Source: Schizochytrium sp. TIO01 (Eukaryota; Protista; Bigyra: Labyrinthulomycetes). From it: a stretch of 64,000 nt of DNA. The DNA lies in assembly GCA_004764695.1 (NCBI GenBank), contig SMSO01000032.1, positions 6,232,483 through 6,296,482 of the forward strand, written 5' to 3'. Positions within the stretch are counted from its first letter, which is position 1; every line of letters starts with the position of its first letter. Of this stretch, positions 37,426-49,350 are shown piece by piece. A program made the translations under genes and the position numbers. The notes under the pieces were generated by a model, which was not told where the DNA came from, searched no databases, and worked only from the letters and a program-made list of their open reading frames with translations.

Positions 37426-39018
37426 ATGTTTGCGGTGCGTGGAACGAAGGCAGCAGCGACCCTCGGCAAGGCGAGGCAGCCTGCGGGCGGCCTGCGCGGC
37501 GTGGTCGCGTTTGCCGATCGCTGGAATGACATCAAGGCCAAGGCACTCTTGGGCGGCGGCGAGGAGCGTATCAAGAAGCAGCACGCCAAGGGAAAGCTCA
37601 CTGCTCGCGAGCGCATTGCGCTCCTTGTTGATGCAGGATCCTTCTCCGAATACGACGCACTCAAGCTCCACCGATGCACGGACTTTGGCATGGAGAAGGA
37701 GCAGTACTACGGCGACGGTGTTGTCACCGGCCACGGCTACATCAACGGCCGCCCTGTCTTCGTCTTCTCCCAGGACTTTACCGTCTTTGGTGGATCCCTT
37801 TCTGAGACCCATGCCGAGAAGATCTGCAAGATCATGGACAAGGCCCTCAAAGTCGGCGCACCCGTCATCGGCATCAACGACTCCGGTGGTGCCCGTATCC
37901 AGGAGGGTGTTGCCTCCCTCGGTGGCTACGCTGAAGTCTTTCAGCGCAACGTTGAAGCCTCTGGTGTCATCCCGCAGATCAGTCTTATCTGCGGACCTTG
38001 CGCTGGTGGCGCCGTCTACAGTCCCGCCATCACTGACTTCACCATGATGGTACGCGACACGTCTTACTGCTTTATTACCGGCCCGGAGGTCGTCAAGACC
38101 GTCCTCAACGAGACCGTCACCCAGGAGGACCTCGGTGGCGCCAAGGCCCACATGACCAAGTCCGGTGTTGCTCACCTTGCCTACGACAACGACGTTGAGG
38201 CCATCCGCATGGCCCGCGAGCTCTTTGACTACCTTCCCTCAAGCTTCGATGCCAAGGCCCCGCGCCGCACCACTCTTGACTCACGCACTCGCGCTGACCC
38301 TACCCTCGACATGATCATTCCTGAGGACCCCAACATGCCCTACGACATGAAGATCATCATCAAGAAGATAGTTGACGAGGGCGAGTTTCTGGAGATCCAG
38401 CCCGAGTTCGCCAAAAACATCATTGTCGGTTTCGGTCGCCTTGACGGACGCACCGTCGGTGTCGTTGGTAACCAGCCTCTCGAGCTTGCCGGCTGCCTTG
38501 ACATTAACTCCTCTGTCAAGGCTGCCCGCTTCGTGCGCTTCTGTGATGCCTTCAACATCCCCCTCGTCACCTTTGTCGATGTACCCGGATTCCTTCCCGG
38601 AACCACCCAGGAGCACAACGGTATCATTCGCCACGGTGCCAAGCTTCTCTACGCCTATGCTGAGGCCACTGTGCCCAAGCTCACTGTCATCACCCGAAAG
38701 GCATATGGTGGTGCTTACGATGTGATGGCCTCCAAGCACCTCAAGTCTGACTGCAACGTCGCCTGGCCTACCGCCGAGATTGCCGTCATGGGTGCCAAGG
38801 GTGCCGTCGAGATTATCTTCCGTGGCAAGAACGTTGAGCAGGAGACTGAGAACTACAAGGAGCGCTTTGCCAACCCGCTTATCGCCGCTGCCCGTGGTTT
38901 CGTCGATGAAATTATCGTCCCCTCTACCACCCGCCAGCACCTCTGTGAAGAGCTCGAGCTCCTCGCTGACAAGAAGGAGGTCCGCCCCAAGCGTAAGCAC
39001 GGCAACATCCCTCTCTAA
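37426..39018 (+). CDS. PCCB: Propionyl-CoA carboxylase beta chain, mitochondrial precursor (carboxyltransferase)
   Basis: The track ORF starts at TTG 37411; the first ATG is at 37426. Motifs [65 protein letters not shown] and terminal KHGNIPL. The N-terminus is basic and Ala-rich like a presequence. Strong codon bias. Confidence 0.96.
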   Translation: MFAVRGTKAAATLGKARQPAGGLRGVVAFADRWNDIKAKALLGGGEERIKKQHAKGKLTARERIALLVDAGSFSEYDALKLHRCTDFGMEKEQYYGDGVVTGHGYINGRPVFVFSQDFTVFGGSLSETHAEKICKIMDKALKVGAPVIGINDSGGARIQEGVASLGGYAEVFQRNVEASGVIPQISLICGPCAGGAVYSPAITDFTMMVRDTSYCFITGPEVVKTVLNETVTQEDLGGAKAHMTKSGVAHLAYDNDVEAIRMARELFDYLPSSFDAKAPRRTTLDSRTRADPTLDMIIPEDPNMPYDMKIIIKKIVDEGEFLEIQPEFAKNIIVGFGRLDGRTVGVVGNQPLELAGCLDINSSVKAARFVRFCDAFNIPLVTFVDVPGFLPGTTQEHNGIIRHGAKLLYAYAEATVPKLTVITRKAYGGAYDVMASKHLKSDCNVAWPTAEIAVMGAKGAVEIIFRGKNVEQETENYKERFANPLIAAARGFVDEIIVPSTTRQHLCEELELLADKKEVRPKRKHGNIPL

Positions 39019-40892
39019 GCAGCATTTTGTTGTCTACGCCCCGTTTTTTTAAAATTATACTCCCCCATCCTTCTATATACCCACACAATACCATATGTCA
39101 AGACAAAAGGATTGTAAACTTCCTTGCGGCTTGGATTTCGTGCGCGTTCCTACTGCTCCTAGAAACGGTAGTTCGACACGCCCCGTTATTGTACTGCTGC
39201 TAGCTCCTCGGATGAGCGTGCTGCTGGTCACTCGGTCGTGAAACTTCTCTTTCTTTTTTCTCTTTTTTTTTTTTTTTTTTTAAACCATCCTCACACCTTA
39301 GACACCATCTATTGCCCCTTCCCTACCATTCACCAACCCGCTTGACATTGTCATGAACACTGTGCAGTCAAGTTAAGCCTCTGCTTTGGCTTGGATATTC
39401 AACATAATTTACACAATGCCTCTGTCGTCAACCATAATATTGCGTTTTGCATTTCTTTTCATTTTACCTCTATCTACTATTACTTTTACATTTTTTCGTG
39501 GTATTCATTTCTTCTGTAATTACCTTTTCTGATCTTTACACACCTACTTGCCCTTCACACAAGTGCATCGTTGCAAGTCTAATTCTTGTGTTGCGTGTTG
39601 ATCACACATCTGAAACACTGCATGTTAGCATTTGCCCCTACTTCTCGTTATCCATTTTCTTATTCAGGAGCAAGAGCAAGACAAGAGACACTGTTTTCCT
39701 TGTCCTCGAATCATTAATTCTCGTATTCACATTCGAACCAGCCGGTATGGAAACAGCCTACGCTTCCGTGTAAGCCCACCCACCTCTGGCAATCATCAAC
39801 CATAGGCTCCCTCACAGCTGGATCGAACAACACGCTCCTCATGCTTACAATCCACGACCAACCAACAACTGCACTAACCAAGCAGAGGCCGCCGACGTTC
39901 TTTCGTCTTGATCCACGGCCCTCGCGCATGAGCCGTCCACCATCGTAAACAAAACCTACATTTACTCCGCGCTCCTCCTTATAGGTACCTAATGATGACG
40001 CAAAACAATAACAACAACGTAGTCACTTAATTGATCCATATATCTATCTTTCTTTAGCTAATGCAATAGATACTAAGAAAAGATACAAGCAAGCGTCCCA
40101 CAGGATCTACCCAACTTCCGTGGTGCCCCCCTCTGCATCCAAAGAGCCTCTCTCTTCCCCGGCCTTTCTGCCCATAGGGGGGTCTTCCTACGAGTGTGGA
40201 TGTCCCTGCTTCCCGCCCTAATGAGGCCCAGGATCTTTCTCAATATTTCAAAGACGGCGCGAAGCACTACACATCCACGAGACATAGATCACTCCTGCTC
40301 TTCTTCTGCCTTCGGGCCTCGCTCTCGCAGCCGCGGCCGCCGACCCGCGAGCTGGCGGGCCTCGAGGGGGGCGGCGGCCAGGCCCGGAGCCTCAGAGCGC
40401 GGGGCGGCGGCCGCGGAGCTGAAGAATCGACGATGGTTTGTTTCAAAGCTCAAGTTCAACTTCGAGATGGTCGATGTTCTTTTCCTCTGTTCTTGTTGGT
40501 CAGATTAGGAGAACACCCTATTACTACAATCACGCACTTTCACTAGCATCACCCTGGCGTTGATATCGTGGAGGTGGCAGGGTGAAAGAATGTGCTACGT
40601 TCTTCAGTAATGGCGATTATGGGACATGAAAATGATAATTTGAAATCGCTCATTACACTACATTAGAGTAGCAGGTAGTAGGTAGTAGGTAGAAAGATAG
40701 AACAGAGTTTGGAACAGAGAATTGGCGTAGGCCACGCTTAGAGTAAACGGTAGGGGTCGCGAAGGAAGGATACGACGGAAGGGATTTGAAAGTGATTTGA
40801 ATCAGAGCCTCGAGTGAAGAAAAGCTTCGGCAAACACGAAACTATATCTATCGCGAAGGGATTCGTTCGAGTGGACCTGCAAGCCTGGCAAG

Positions 40893-42383
40893 ATGAGCCT
40901 TCTCTCCAAAGCGAGCCTCGAGGATGTCGAGCTTGAGGGCAAGCGCGTGCTCATGCGCGTGGACTTCAACGTCCCGTTTGACAAGGCGACTGGCGAGATT
41001 AGCAACGACCAGCGCATCGTCGCCGCCCTGCCGAGCATCAAGTACGCTCTGGACAAGGGTGCCAAGTCCGTCGTGCTCATGTCTCACCTCGGACGCCCTG
41101 ACGGAAGCCCCAACCCGAAGTACTCCCTCAAGCCTGTCGCATCTCGTCTCGAGAAGCTTCTCGAGCGCCCCGTGAAATTCCTTGAGGACTGCGTGGGACC
41201 CGAGGTCGAGCAGGCCTGTGCCGACCCTGAAGCTGGCTCCGTGATCCTTCTTGAGAACTTGAGATTCCACATCGAGGAGGAGGGCAAGGGCAAGGATGCC
41301 GAGGGCAACAAGGTGAAAGCCGATGCCGCCAAGGTCGAGGAGTTCCGCAGCTCACTCACCAAGCTTGGAGACATCTACGTCAACGACGCCTTTGGAACTG
41401 CTCACAGAGCTCACTCATCCATGGTTGGCGTTCAGTTGGAGCCGCGTGTCGGAGGATTCCTTGTCAAGAAGGAACTCGACTACTTTGGAGCTGCTCTTCA
41501 GAACCCGGCACGCCCGTTTGTGAGCATTCTTGGTGGCGCCAAGGTTGAGGATAAGCTTCAGCTCATCATGAACATGCTCGATATTGTCAATGTCATGGTC
41601 ATTGGAGGAGGCATGGCCTTCACCTTCAAGAAGGTCGCCGGTATGGAGATTGGAAGCAGTCTCTTTGACGAGCCTGGATCACAGCTTGTGCCCAAGATCC
41701 TTGAGAAGGCTAAGGAAAAGGGCGTCGAAATCTATCTCCCCAACGACTTCATTGCTGCTTCCAAGTTTGACAAGGATGCCGAGTTCAAGGTCGTCACTGA
41801 AGAGGAGGGCGTCCCTGAGGGATGGCTGGGCCTCGACATTGGCCCTGATTCATCCAAGCGCTTCGCCGAGGTCATCGCCAAGGCCAAGCTCATCGTCTGG
41901 AACGGACCCATGGGTGTCTTTGAGTTCCCCAACTTTGCCAAGGGAACCAAGGCCGTCATGGATGCCGTTGTTGACGTCACCAAGGCTGGCGCTACCACCA
42001 TCATTGGTGGTGGCGACACCGCCACCTGCTGCACCAAGGAGTACTTTGATACTGAGGACAAGGTCTCCCACGTCTCTACTGGTGGTGGCGCCTCTCTTGC
42101 TCTCCTCGAGGGCCAGGAGCTCCCGGGTGTCGCTGCTCTCAGCGAGAAAAAGGTACGAAACAACAACTCTGCAACCCCATCTTCGAAAAGCACCAAGGCT
42201 ACTGCCTCTGCTACTGCTGAAAAGTCTCCCACCAGCAGCGGCAGTGGCAGCAGCAGCAGCAACACCAATGATAAAAAGCAGTCTGGCATTATGCGTCACC
42301 TTGAGGAATACCCCTTGGCTGTCGCTGGAGCTGTTGCTTTGGGTCTTTTGCTTGTAACTACCGCTCTCAAGCGCAAAAACTGA
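40893..42383 (+). CDS. PGK: Phosphoglycerate kinase, long (unspliced) form with Ser-rich linker and C-terminal TM tail anchor
   Basis: Motifs [52 protein letters not shown] and STGGGASL. The canonical enzyme ends at ~aa 420 (LSEKK); the ORF continues 76 aa to ...[24 protein letters not shown]. Confidence 0.95.
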   Translation: MSLLSKASLEDVELEGKRVLMRVDFNVPFDKATGEISNDQRIVAALPSIKYALDKGAKSVVLMSHLGRPDGSPNPKYSLKPVASRLEKLLERPVKFLEDCVGPEVEQACADPEAGSVILLENLRFHIEEEGKGKDAEGNKVKADAAKVEEFRSSLTKLGDIYVNDAFGTAHRAHSSMVGVQLEPRVGGFLVKKELDYFGAALQNPARPFVSILGGAKVEDKLQLIMNMLDIVNVMVIGGGMAFTFKKVAGMEIGSSLFDEPGSQLVPKILEKAKEKGVEIYLPNDFIAASKFDKDAEFKVVTEEEGVPEGWLGLDIGPDSSKRFAEVIAKAKLIVWNGPMGVFEFPNFAKGTKAVMDAVVDVTKAGATTIIGGGDTATCCTKEYFDTEDKVSHVSTGGGASLALLEGQELPGVAALSEKKVRNNNSATPSSKSTKATASATAEKSPTSSGSGSSSSNTNDKKQSGIMRHLEEYPLAVAGAVALGLLLVTTALKRKN

Positions 42384-42516
42384 CGACTTTTTTTCTTCAT
42401 TTCTTTTCCCTAAAAACCTGGGGTGTACCTATACTCTCTTACTACGCTTTTTTCTCTTTTTTCCTTTGTACGCTTCTTCATCAACAAACACAAATTCACT
42501 ACATTCATTCACACAG
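42153..42516 (+). other. Putative alternatively retained GT-AG intron of PGK; spliced CDS join(40893..42152,42517..42525) = 422 aa ending SEKKAE*
   Basis: AAG|GTACGA donor sits exactly at the end of the PGK homology. A pyrimidine-rich tract precedes the CACACAG| acceptor, which is followed in phase 0 by GCT GAG TAA. Confidence 0.6.
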
Positions 42517-43619
42517 GCTGAGTAAATTGACAACGCAATCACATCATAACACATCATCTCGCTCTGGCCCATGCTAGTATTGCCTGAAATTCGGTCTTCT
42601 AGTTCACTGGGTCGCCACTATTCCTTTAAAAGACAGCAATGGGTGCGAAAGGGCTCTAGTCACATGGCGATGATAAAGTGACAACAACTTACGCCCCAAT
42701 TGCAATTGTTTATCAGACGACCTTTTGGCATAATCTTGAGGGTTTCTTTTCTTAGGGATGCGTAGAGGTAACGATTTATTTGGTATTTTTCATTTGTGAA
42801 TTTGGACTTGTAGCTTTTTTTTCTTCTTTTTTCTTAACTCCTTTCCTGATAATAAAAATTATCAAGTTAGAACTAAGTTAGACCGCTTGAGGCTTGCAAC
42901 TATCAACTTGTCTGCTCACTTCTATATCATCTAATTTCCTTACCCAACGGAAGTCGTCATGCTAACTCTGCTTTTCAATTGTATCATAACCTAATTTTAT
43001 GGACGTGACCAAAAGTTCACAACAGCTTGCACCGTGGTGAAATCTATTCGCAATTTGTTTCATCAATGACGGCCAAATTTATTCTTTACCACTTGTCGCA
43101 CGAATGCATTTGCATGATTTATGGCTCTTTCTGCTATTTTCTTTCAGATTATATTAAATTTTCAATAGCGACACGAAATCAGCTTGATCTTGACACTAAA
43201 CTTTATGTGTTGCTTATCGATGAAGGTAGAAGTCTAGAATTATTGCATGACGCTACCATTTAGAGTTTTATATCATAAATTTATTGTTCTCATAAGTACA
43301 GTAGTTTCATTATCTTCCAAAAGCATATAATGCTATTATAAACTCTCTTCAAAAGTAGAGTACCTATGAGTTATACTTTTGTCATATCTATCATGACTAG
43401 GATTATTTAGAAGTAGTGAACACAGGAACTTATGATAGTAAACCATATAAGTCAATTGAAAAAAAAAAAATGAAAAAAAAAAAGCATTGAAGATTATAAA
43501 TGCTTTCAAGGAATCTGCATTCTAAAGCCTCGTGTTGGATTTCGTCTTATATTTGCTTTCACTGCTTTCACTTTTGCTTAAGCTTGCCTTTTTTTATATG
43601 CCAGAGCTAGGCCACCCTG

Positions 43620-45360
43620 TGTTACCATTACGTGTTCTTTGCCACAGCTGAACGCTGGCATCATGGGGTCGGAGTCCGTATGAGTAAGGTAAGCAAGGTT
43701 GCCAAGAACCCAGATCCCACCTGGTCTGGGTTCAAAAGTTGCTTAACTTCATCATTAAGATGGTTCTGGTCATTCCAAACACTCTGAAATACTTGATTCA
43801 AAGGGCATATACACTGTTCAAACCAGGTATATGTACAGTGAGCGAGGAGAAGAATGTTTGGAGTATTGGTGATGTTGATGGTGGTATCGGTGGTGATATT
43901 GGTTCGACGCTTCAGAGTTGACTTATTCTTCCTCTTATTCCTCCTTGCAATCTCACTTGAATCGGGGAGGCATTGAGGCAAAGAGAATGATGTTTCCAGC
44001 TCCCGAGAAATCTTGGTCAGTGCCTAAAGGCAAACCCTGAGGCTACTATTGTTTTTCTTTGCCGAAATTAAGGATCACTGAGAATCTTTCCAGCACTGTA
44101 AAGAGACACGATGGGGTTGCTTTCATTATCAAAGAGATCCACAACAGCCGGGGCTTTACAGTGGTTGATTTCATTTACAGCTCTTGGGTCAACTCATACC
44201 GGTGCCCTGCCATCTTGTGCTTGACAATACTCGCCTTATGCCTGATACCGACTATCACGAGTGTCATCAGAGCAAACTTAAGGCTAAAACTATCCGAAAA
44301 CTTATTGGCAAGGCTCCTTGAGCTCAACATAGCAGTGGACAGTGTTTCTCTCCATAACTGCTGCAAGTTAAATGCTTGTATCTAATGTTTTCTTCTTTAG
44401 TTTTCTTCCTTTTTGATTGAATTAAATATACTTGCTTCTCCTACACACTCGCACATCAGAAAAGGGATCCAGAGCCGTGAGGAAATAGTAAAATTATAAA
44501 TTCTATCCATCTCCAATATCTTGATCCTTGTTTCTCTTGTAAGAGTCACCATTGTAGCGGTCGGCAGAACTTTGACGATTCTCTCGTTTTCATTCGTTAG
44601 AATTTCCAGTCTTCAACAAGCTCTTTTGCATGAAGACCTTCCGAGTGTGTGGGGCAAAAAGCTAGAGCCGATCCAGACTACCTTTCTGCTTCGCCGTAGT
44701 CATTATAATGAATGTTGCTACCCTCAGAATCACCCTAGCCGGCTTTCACGTTTCATGACTACCGGACGCATCTGCAAATGTAAGTGAACTCTTACGATCG
44801 TGCACAGCCGTTGCTGAAAGAAGCCATATAGAAAATGTTGACCTTGTTCCCCCCTCAGAGCTACATGTCCCTTTTTCTCCTCATCTTTGGAACTTGCATG
44901 TGATCCTCCTCTATGTTTGTCTGCTAATGATAGTGAAGCATGAGCCGAGTCTAAGTCGAGGTTCTTTGCATGGCAGCATGGCAAATTCGAGCACTGCGTC
45001 AAGTTGATATCCAGCAACCTCTGGAAAAAGAGGCCCTTTGTGGAGCAGATCGCCTGACTACCGGCAAACTTGCTCTTTTTCGTCACTTTCACATGGCAGT
45101 TGTGGCCCTTTCCAGTCGTAGGAGCTTCCGCTACTCGCTGATAGCAACTGCAGCTCCTCGCGACATTCTTGGATTCTACTCTTTAGTTCAACCGCATTTG
45201 CCAACGCCTTCTGCATTGCTTCTATCAAAACTCTCTATTCAGAATTATCCTTCTGCATTCTACTTGTATACTTCTTATGCTCTTATATGGCATCAAACGT
45301 CTGTTGGCGTCAATTGGGGGAACGAAAGTTTACTCGTTTCCTCTCTCGTCCTGTAGTGTC
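43620..45360 (-). pseudogene. Possible decayed coding relic (unidentified)
   Basis: Non-repetitive, coding-like composition with a coiled-coil-like peptide (RVLIEAMQKALANAVELKSRIQECREELQLL) between in-frame stops. No family recognised. Confidence 0.25.
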
Positions 45361-45791
45361 CCCGGACGTTCTGGGGTCAGCTCGTCTAAGTCGCTTTAAA
45401 GTAAGAAATTAGTTTTCATGGTAGTGGTCTTTAGAGTCTCTGGAGCGCACATGGAGTTGCAGAGAGCCAACAAATATTCGATTTCGACGGTGTCGATGTG
45501 GTGAAAGATCAGGGAAACTCAAACTCAGAAAAATCAGATCCGGAAAAATCAGAAAATTGCTTGAATAGATTTTGTGCGATAACACTAAAAGAATTATTTT
45601 AGTCTTGCGACCGGTGAGGATATTTCTTCCCCAGCTATAACTGTCGAGGGCCAACCAAGTGAGTTTTCTTACCGGCATGCACGTATGTCTAAGCCAGTAC
45701 CCTGCGGGCGTCAACATTCCTGTATAGCTGATTTTCCCATGGAGCAACATCAGCAAATCCAAAATAGCCAGACACAGGGAGGGACCCAGTC

Positions 45792-48741
45792 ATGGAAGTG
45801 GATCGTGTAATTGAAGGGCATCCCAAAGGCCTACAATGGTGGGTATAAAAGACAAGCACTGACGAGTGGAATCCATGTTGAATTTATAAACTGACGGGCC
45901 GAGATATCTAGGGATCGCACGCCAGAGGCGGTGGAGAGATTAAAGGCGTGCTATGACGCAGCACAACAGGTGACAATTGCGCGAAGAAGTCCAAAAGCAA
46001 AGCGTCTGCAGAAGCTCTTATACCAAAAGCTGCCGAAAATCCGTCAATTAGACGAAGAGCTTAGGTACGATCTTGCCAAGCTAGACCACTATGAAGAGGA
46101 GGTTCAATCTATAATCAGAACTTATGAAAAGTTCAATCAGCTATACCGCGAAAACAGCTCTGTTTTAGTTGAGTCAAGCCTCGAGGACAGAGATGGCGAC
46201 GAAGATGATGAAGATAATGAAGATGCCAATCAAAGCAACGTTGGCAGTGGTTGCAAAATGAAATTAGCAAACGAAGCGAAAGAGCGCATGATAGAAATAT
46301 GTGAACTACGTAGTGAGCTCACAAAAAGACTTCTTGACAGAGCAAAACCAGAGAAACAAGCTGAAAGGAATAGTCTTTGCATCCGTCTTCGACAAAAATC
46401 TAATGAAGCGAAACAAAGCTTCCCAAATGTTTCCGATGAGGTGACCTTAGCTGAGGTTGAGCACATTATTCAGGTCACTGTAGACGCTGTTACCTCTTGC
46501 GAAAAAATCAAGCAGCGACTTGGAGATAACTCCGAAGAAGCCTTGCGGGACTTATCAACATTGGCAGAAAATCTTAACAATAGCTATCCCAATACACTGT
46601 TCTGGGACTTGCGTAATCCTGATCAGATATACGGTCTTTCCGAGAAGCTTTTGATACTTCAAGAAGCCTTTCAAGCACACCTCAAAGCTTTATCCAACTC
46701 TGAAAAGCTTGAGGTTAGGTTCAAAACGATTCAAAAGATGATCAAAGCCTCGGACACAAGGGTTAATGCATTTCTTATCAATGGAATACCTGCGCGTCTC
46801 AAGCATTGGAAAAAAGTTTCAAAACATCTGAAACACATCTTTCGAGCTTTAGACTTGCACAAGGTACCAAGTCAGACATTTGCAATCGAGAGACTGCTTG
46901 CCAACTTCTGCAAAAGCAACCAGAGACGAGACATTCTTGATGTCAAACTTGCATGGTCCTTGCAGAAATTGAAGGTTGCAAAGGATCCTGAGGAACATGC
47001 TTCAATTCATGAAAAACGCTGCGCAATACAGGAAGAGCGAGATAACATTTACTTGTGTGGAATTTTTGAGATGCTACGCGAATTTCGCACAAATGCTCTC
47101 GCAGAGGCAGCCACTCAGTTCCAACATGTTCTTGTGGACGAGAGGTGGCAACGTAAAATTGGAATTACAAATGGGGCCATGTATGACTTGGGGCGTATTG
47201 ACTTGTGGCTTGAAAACACCAGAATCTCAGATTTCACTTTCGTGCGACCTCTCTCGTCGAGGTCAAACTCGCACGTGTCACTTGTAAATGATGCCGAAAA
47301 TAACCCTTTGGTGCTGAAACAATTTTTACTTACTGACGATGATTCAAGCCAACAATTTACTTACCAAGTCTCGGCACTTGCTCATCTAGCCTCCCCACAC
47401 ATCTGTAGCATACATGGACTTTTTGTGGAGAATATGCGAATTGCATGCATACTGATGCCTTTCCATCCACGAAGTGATTTGAGTGTGTGGATCCCAAACA
47501 ATATCTACGCCAAGGAAGACGTCCGCAAGCAGATTGCAGTTGGTATTTTATCGGGAGTGCAACAGCTTCACAAACATGGTCTGGTTCATTGCAATTTAAC
47601 ACCTTCGAATATTTTTCTTACGCAAAGTCTTGTCCCTGTTATTGGCGACTTTGACCATCTTCAACATATCAACGCATTCATGCACCGCTCTTTTCCTGAG
47701 ACTGACGCAAGGTATCAAGCACCAGAAGTACTCGAACGCACTTCGAGCGACCTCAACATTTCTCCTGCGATTGACATGTTTGCAATAGGGGCTATTTTAG
47801 AAGACCTTTTTCCTATTCAGAAAGGTTCTATGCAAGAACTGATAAGACAGTTAAAGCTTCAAGACCCTTGTGGCCGCTTGACTGTTGATGCTGCTATAGC
47901 ACATCCAGCATTAGATTGCTTGAACATAGATACACTCAAACCGTGTCTCATCTGTTTGGACACAGTGAGTGCGGACTTTGGTGCATCCTGTAACAACCTT
48001 GAACACTTCTTTTGTTCCCTTTGCTTATCTCAATGTATTGCTCAGGCATCTTCTCAGACTACCAATATAGCGGTAGGAGCTGACGGCAGCATGTGTTGCG
48101 CAATTCCGAATTGCAATGGGAAGTTGTCCTGCCCTGCAATCGCAGCACAAGTTCCCGAGGAAGATTTCGAGACAATAGTCCGTCTTATTAAAAGCCATGT
48201 CTTGCGTGAGCAGTTGCCAATCGTGGAGCAAGAGGTTCAACGCCGCTTACAAGAAGCCCTTGCAAGCAATGAGAATGAGCGTATAATCCTTCAGCACTAC
48301 CAATTTATTCAAAACAACATTCTTTGTATGTCTTGTCCCCGATGCAAGACAGTATTTGCTGATTTTGATGGATGTACTGCTCTCAAGTGCCTCAATCAAG
48401 CATGCCAGGGTTTTTTCTGTGCTTGGTGTTTGACTTTTGCAGGAAACACGAACGAAGATGCACATCGTCACGTTGCAACATGCCCTGCAAATCTCAACCT
48501 CAGAAGTGATGTTGAAAATGGAGATCCATTCTTCCCGCAAAATCTAGATCTTGTGAAGCGTGCTTGGGCCTTAGTACGACGAACCAGACTCATAGAATAT
48601 ACCGAAGCCCACCTTGCCTCAGACTTCGATATGCGTAAAAGTGTGTTTCAAAAGCTAGCTCCTTTCATTACCATAGAAATGGTTGGCGAAAGGTTGACAA
48701 TTCTCAACATGCGTTTCGCAGCAACCTGGCCAGCACAATAA
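45792..48741 (+). CDS. Coiled-coil + protein kinase-like (probable pseudokinase) + RING and Rcat/RING2-like zinc-finger protein; probable model join(45792..45838,45912..48741)
   Basis: The 936-aa track ORF starts at GTG 45931. An upstream ATG exon (MEVDRVIEGHPKGLQW) joins in frame via a 73-nt GTGGGT...CTGAC...CTAG intron. Kinase-like motifs: VLKQF, LHKHGLVHCNLTPSNIFL, IGDFD, YQAPEV, DMFAIG. Zinc fingers: CLIC...CNNLEHFFCSLC...CAIPNC and CPRC...DGCTALKC...CQGFFCAWC. The main ORF is confident; the 5' exon is less so. Confidence 0.8.
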
Positions 48742-49039
48742 TCAGAAAAAGACTCCAACAAATTAAAATATTTTAATACAAGAAAGCTCTTCTTTGGTGC
48801 GTGCCTGTTGGCTGTGGTCCCAGAAGTATCATTCGTCACTGTCGCTTTCACGGTTTCAGTAACGGGACTGGCAATACCAACCCCCAAGTGCGCCAGGATG
48901 ACAACTCTACACATAATTGGGCTAATCGCGTGTCTACCAAATTGGGACAGTACATGCCAAGATGCGTAGTCCGGACGGGCGAACAAGCAATTAGATTGTA
49001 GGCACCACGAATTCAGCTTTTTTTGTTCTTTCATCGAGC

Positions 49040-49350
49040 TCAGTAATGTACTGTGAGATCTGCAATTTTTGCTTCAAGCTTCTGCATGTCAACATCATAT
49101 TAGAATGCTGGATATTGGTCCGTTTGCTTAGGGGTGTTAATGGCAAATCCAAAGCCAGTGAGGTAGAGGCGAACGTGGTCGTCCACAAAAGCATCGAAAC
49201 ATAAATTCTTGCGTGTGAAGTCTTACGCATCCCCTCATGAATAAATACTTGCTTCAACGCAGCTTGTGAAATGTCTATCTCAGCAAGGCGTAAAGATTGG
49301 GTACTACTTCCATTTTTTTCCTGTTCTGCTGCCCTTGAAATGAAACCTCG
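49040..49350 (-). pseudogene. Possible frameshifted kinase-like relic
   Basis: The minus strand reads *DFTRKNLCFDAFVDDHVRLYLTGFGFA, resembling kinase subdomains VIb-VII (D-x4-N-L ... YLxDFGFA). It is broken by stops and a frameshift. Confidence 0.25.

Noticed and set aside
37177-39000. 332-aa and 239-aa minus-strand ORFs over PCCB, and similar ORFs over PGK and Tom22 exon 2
   Set aside because: Same antisense shadow effect of codon bias.
42372-42383. PGK C-terminus as a peroxisomal PTS1
   Set aside because: Neither RKN* nor the spliced KAE* fits the SKL-type consensus; any targeting would be via the TM tail.
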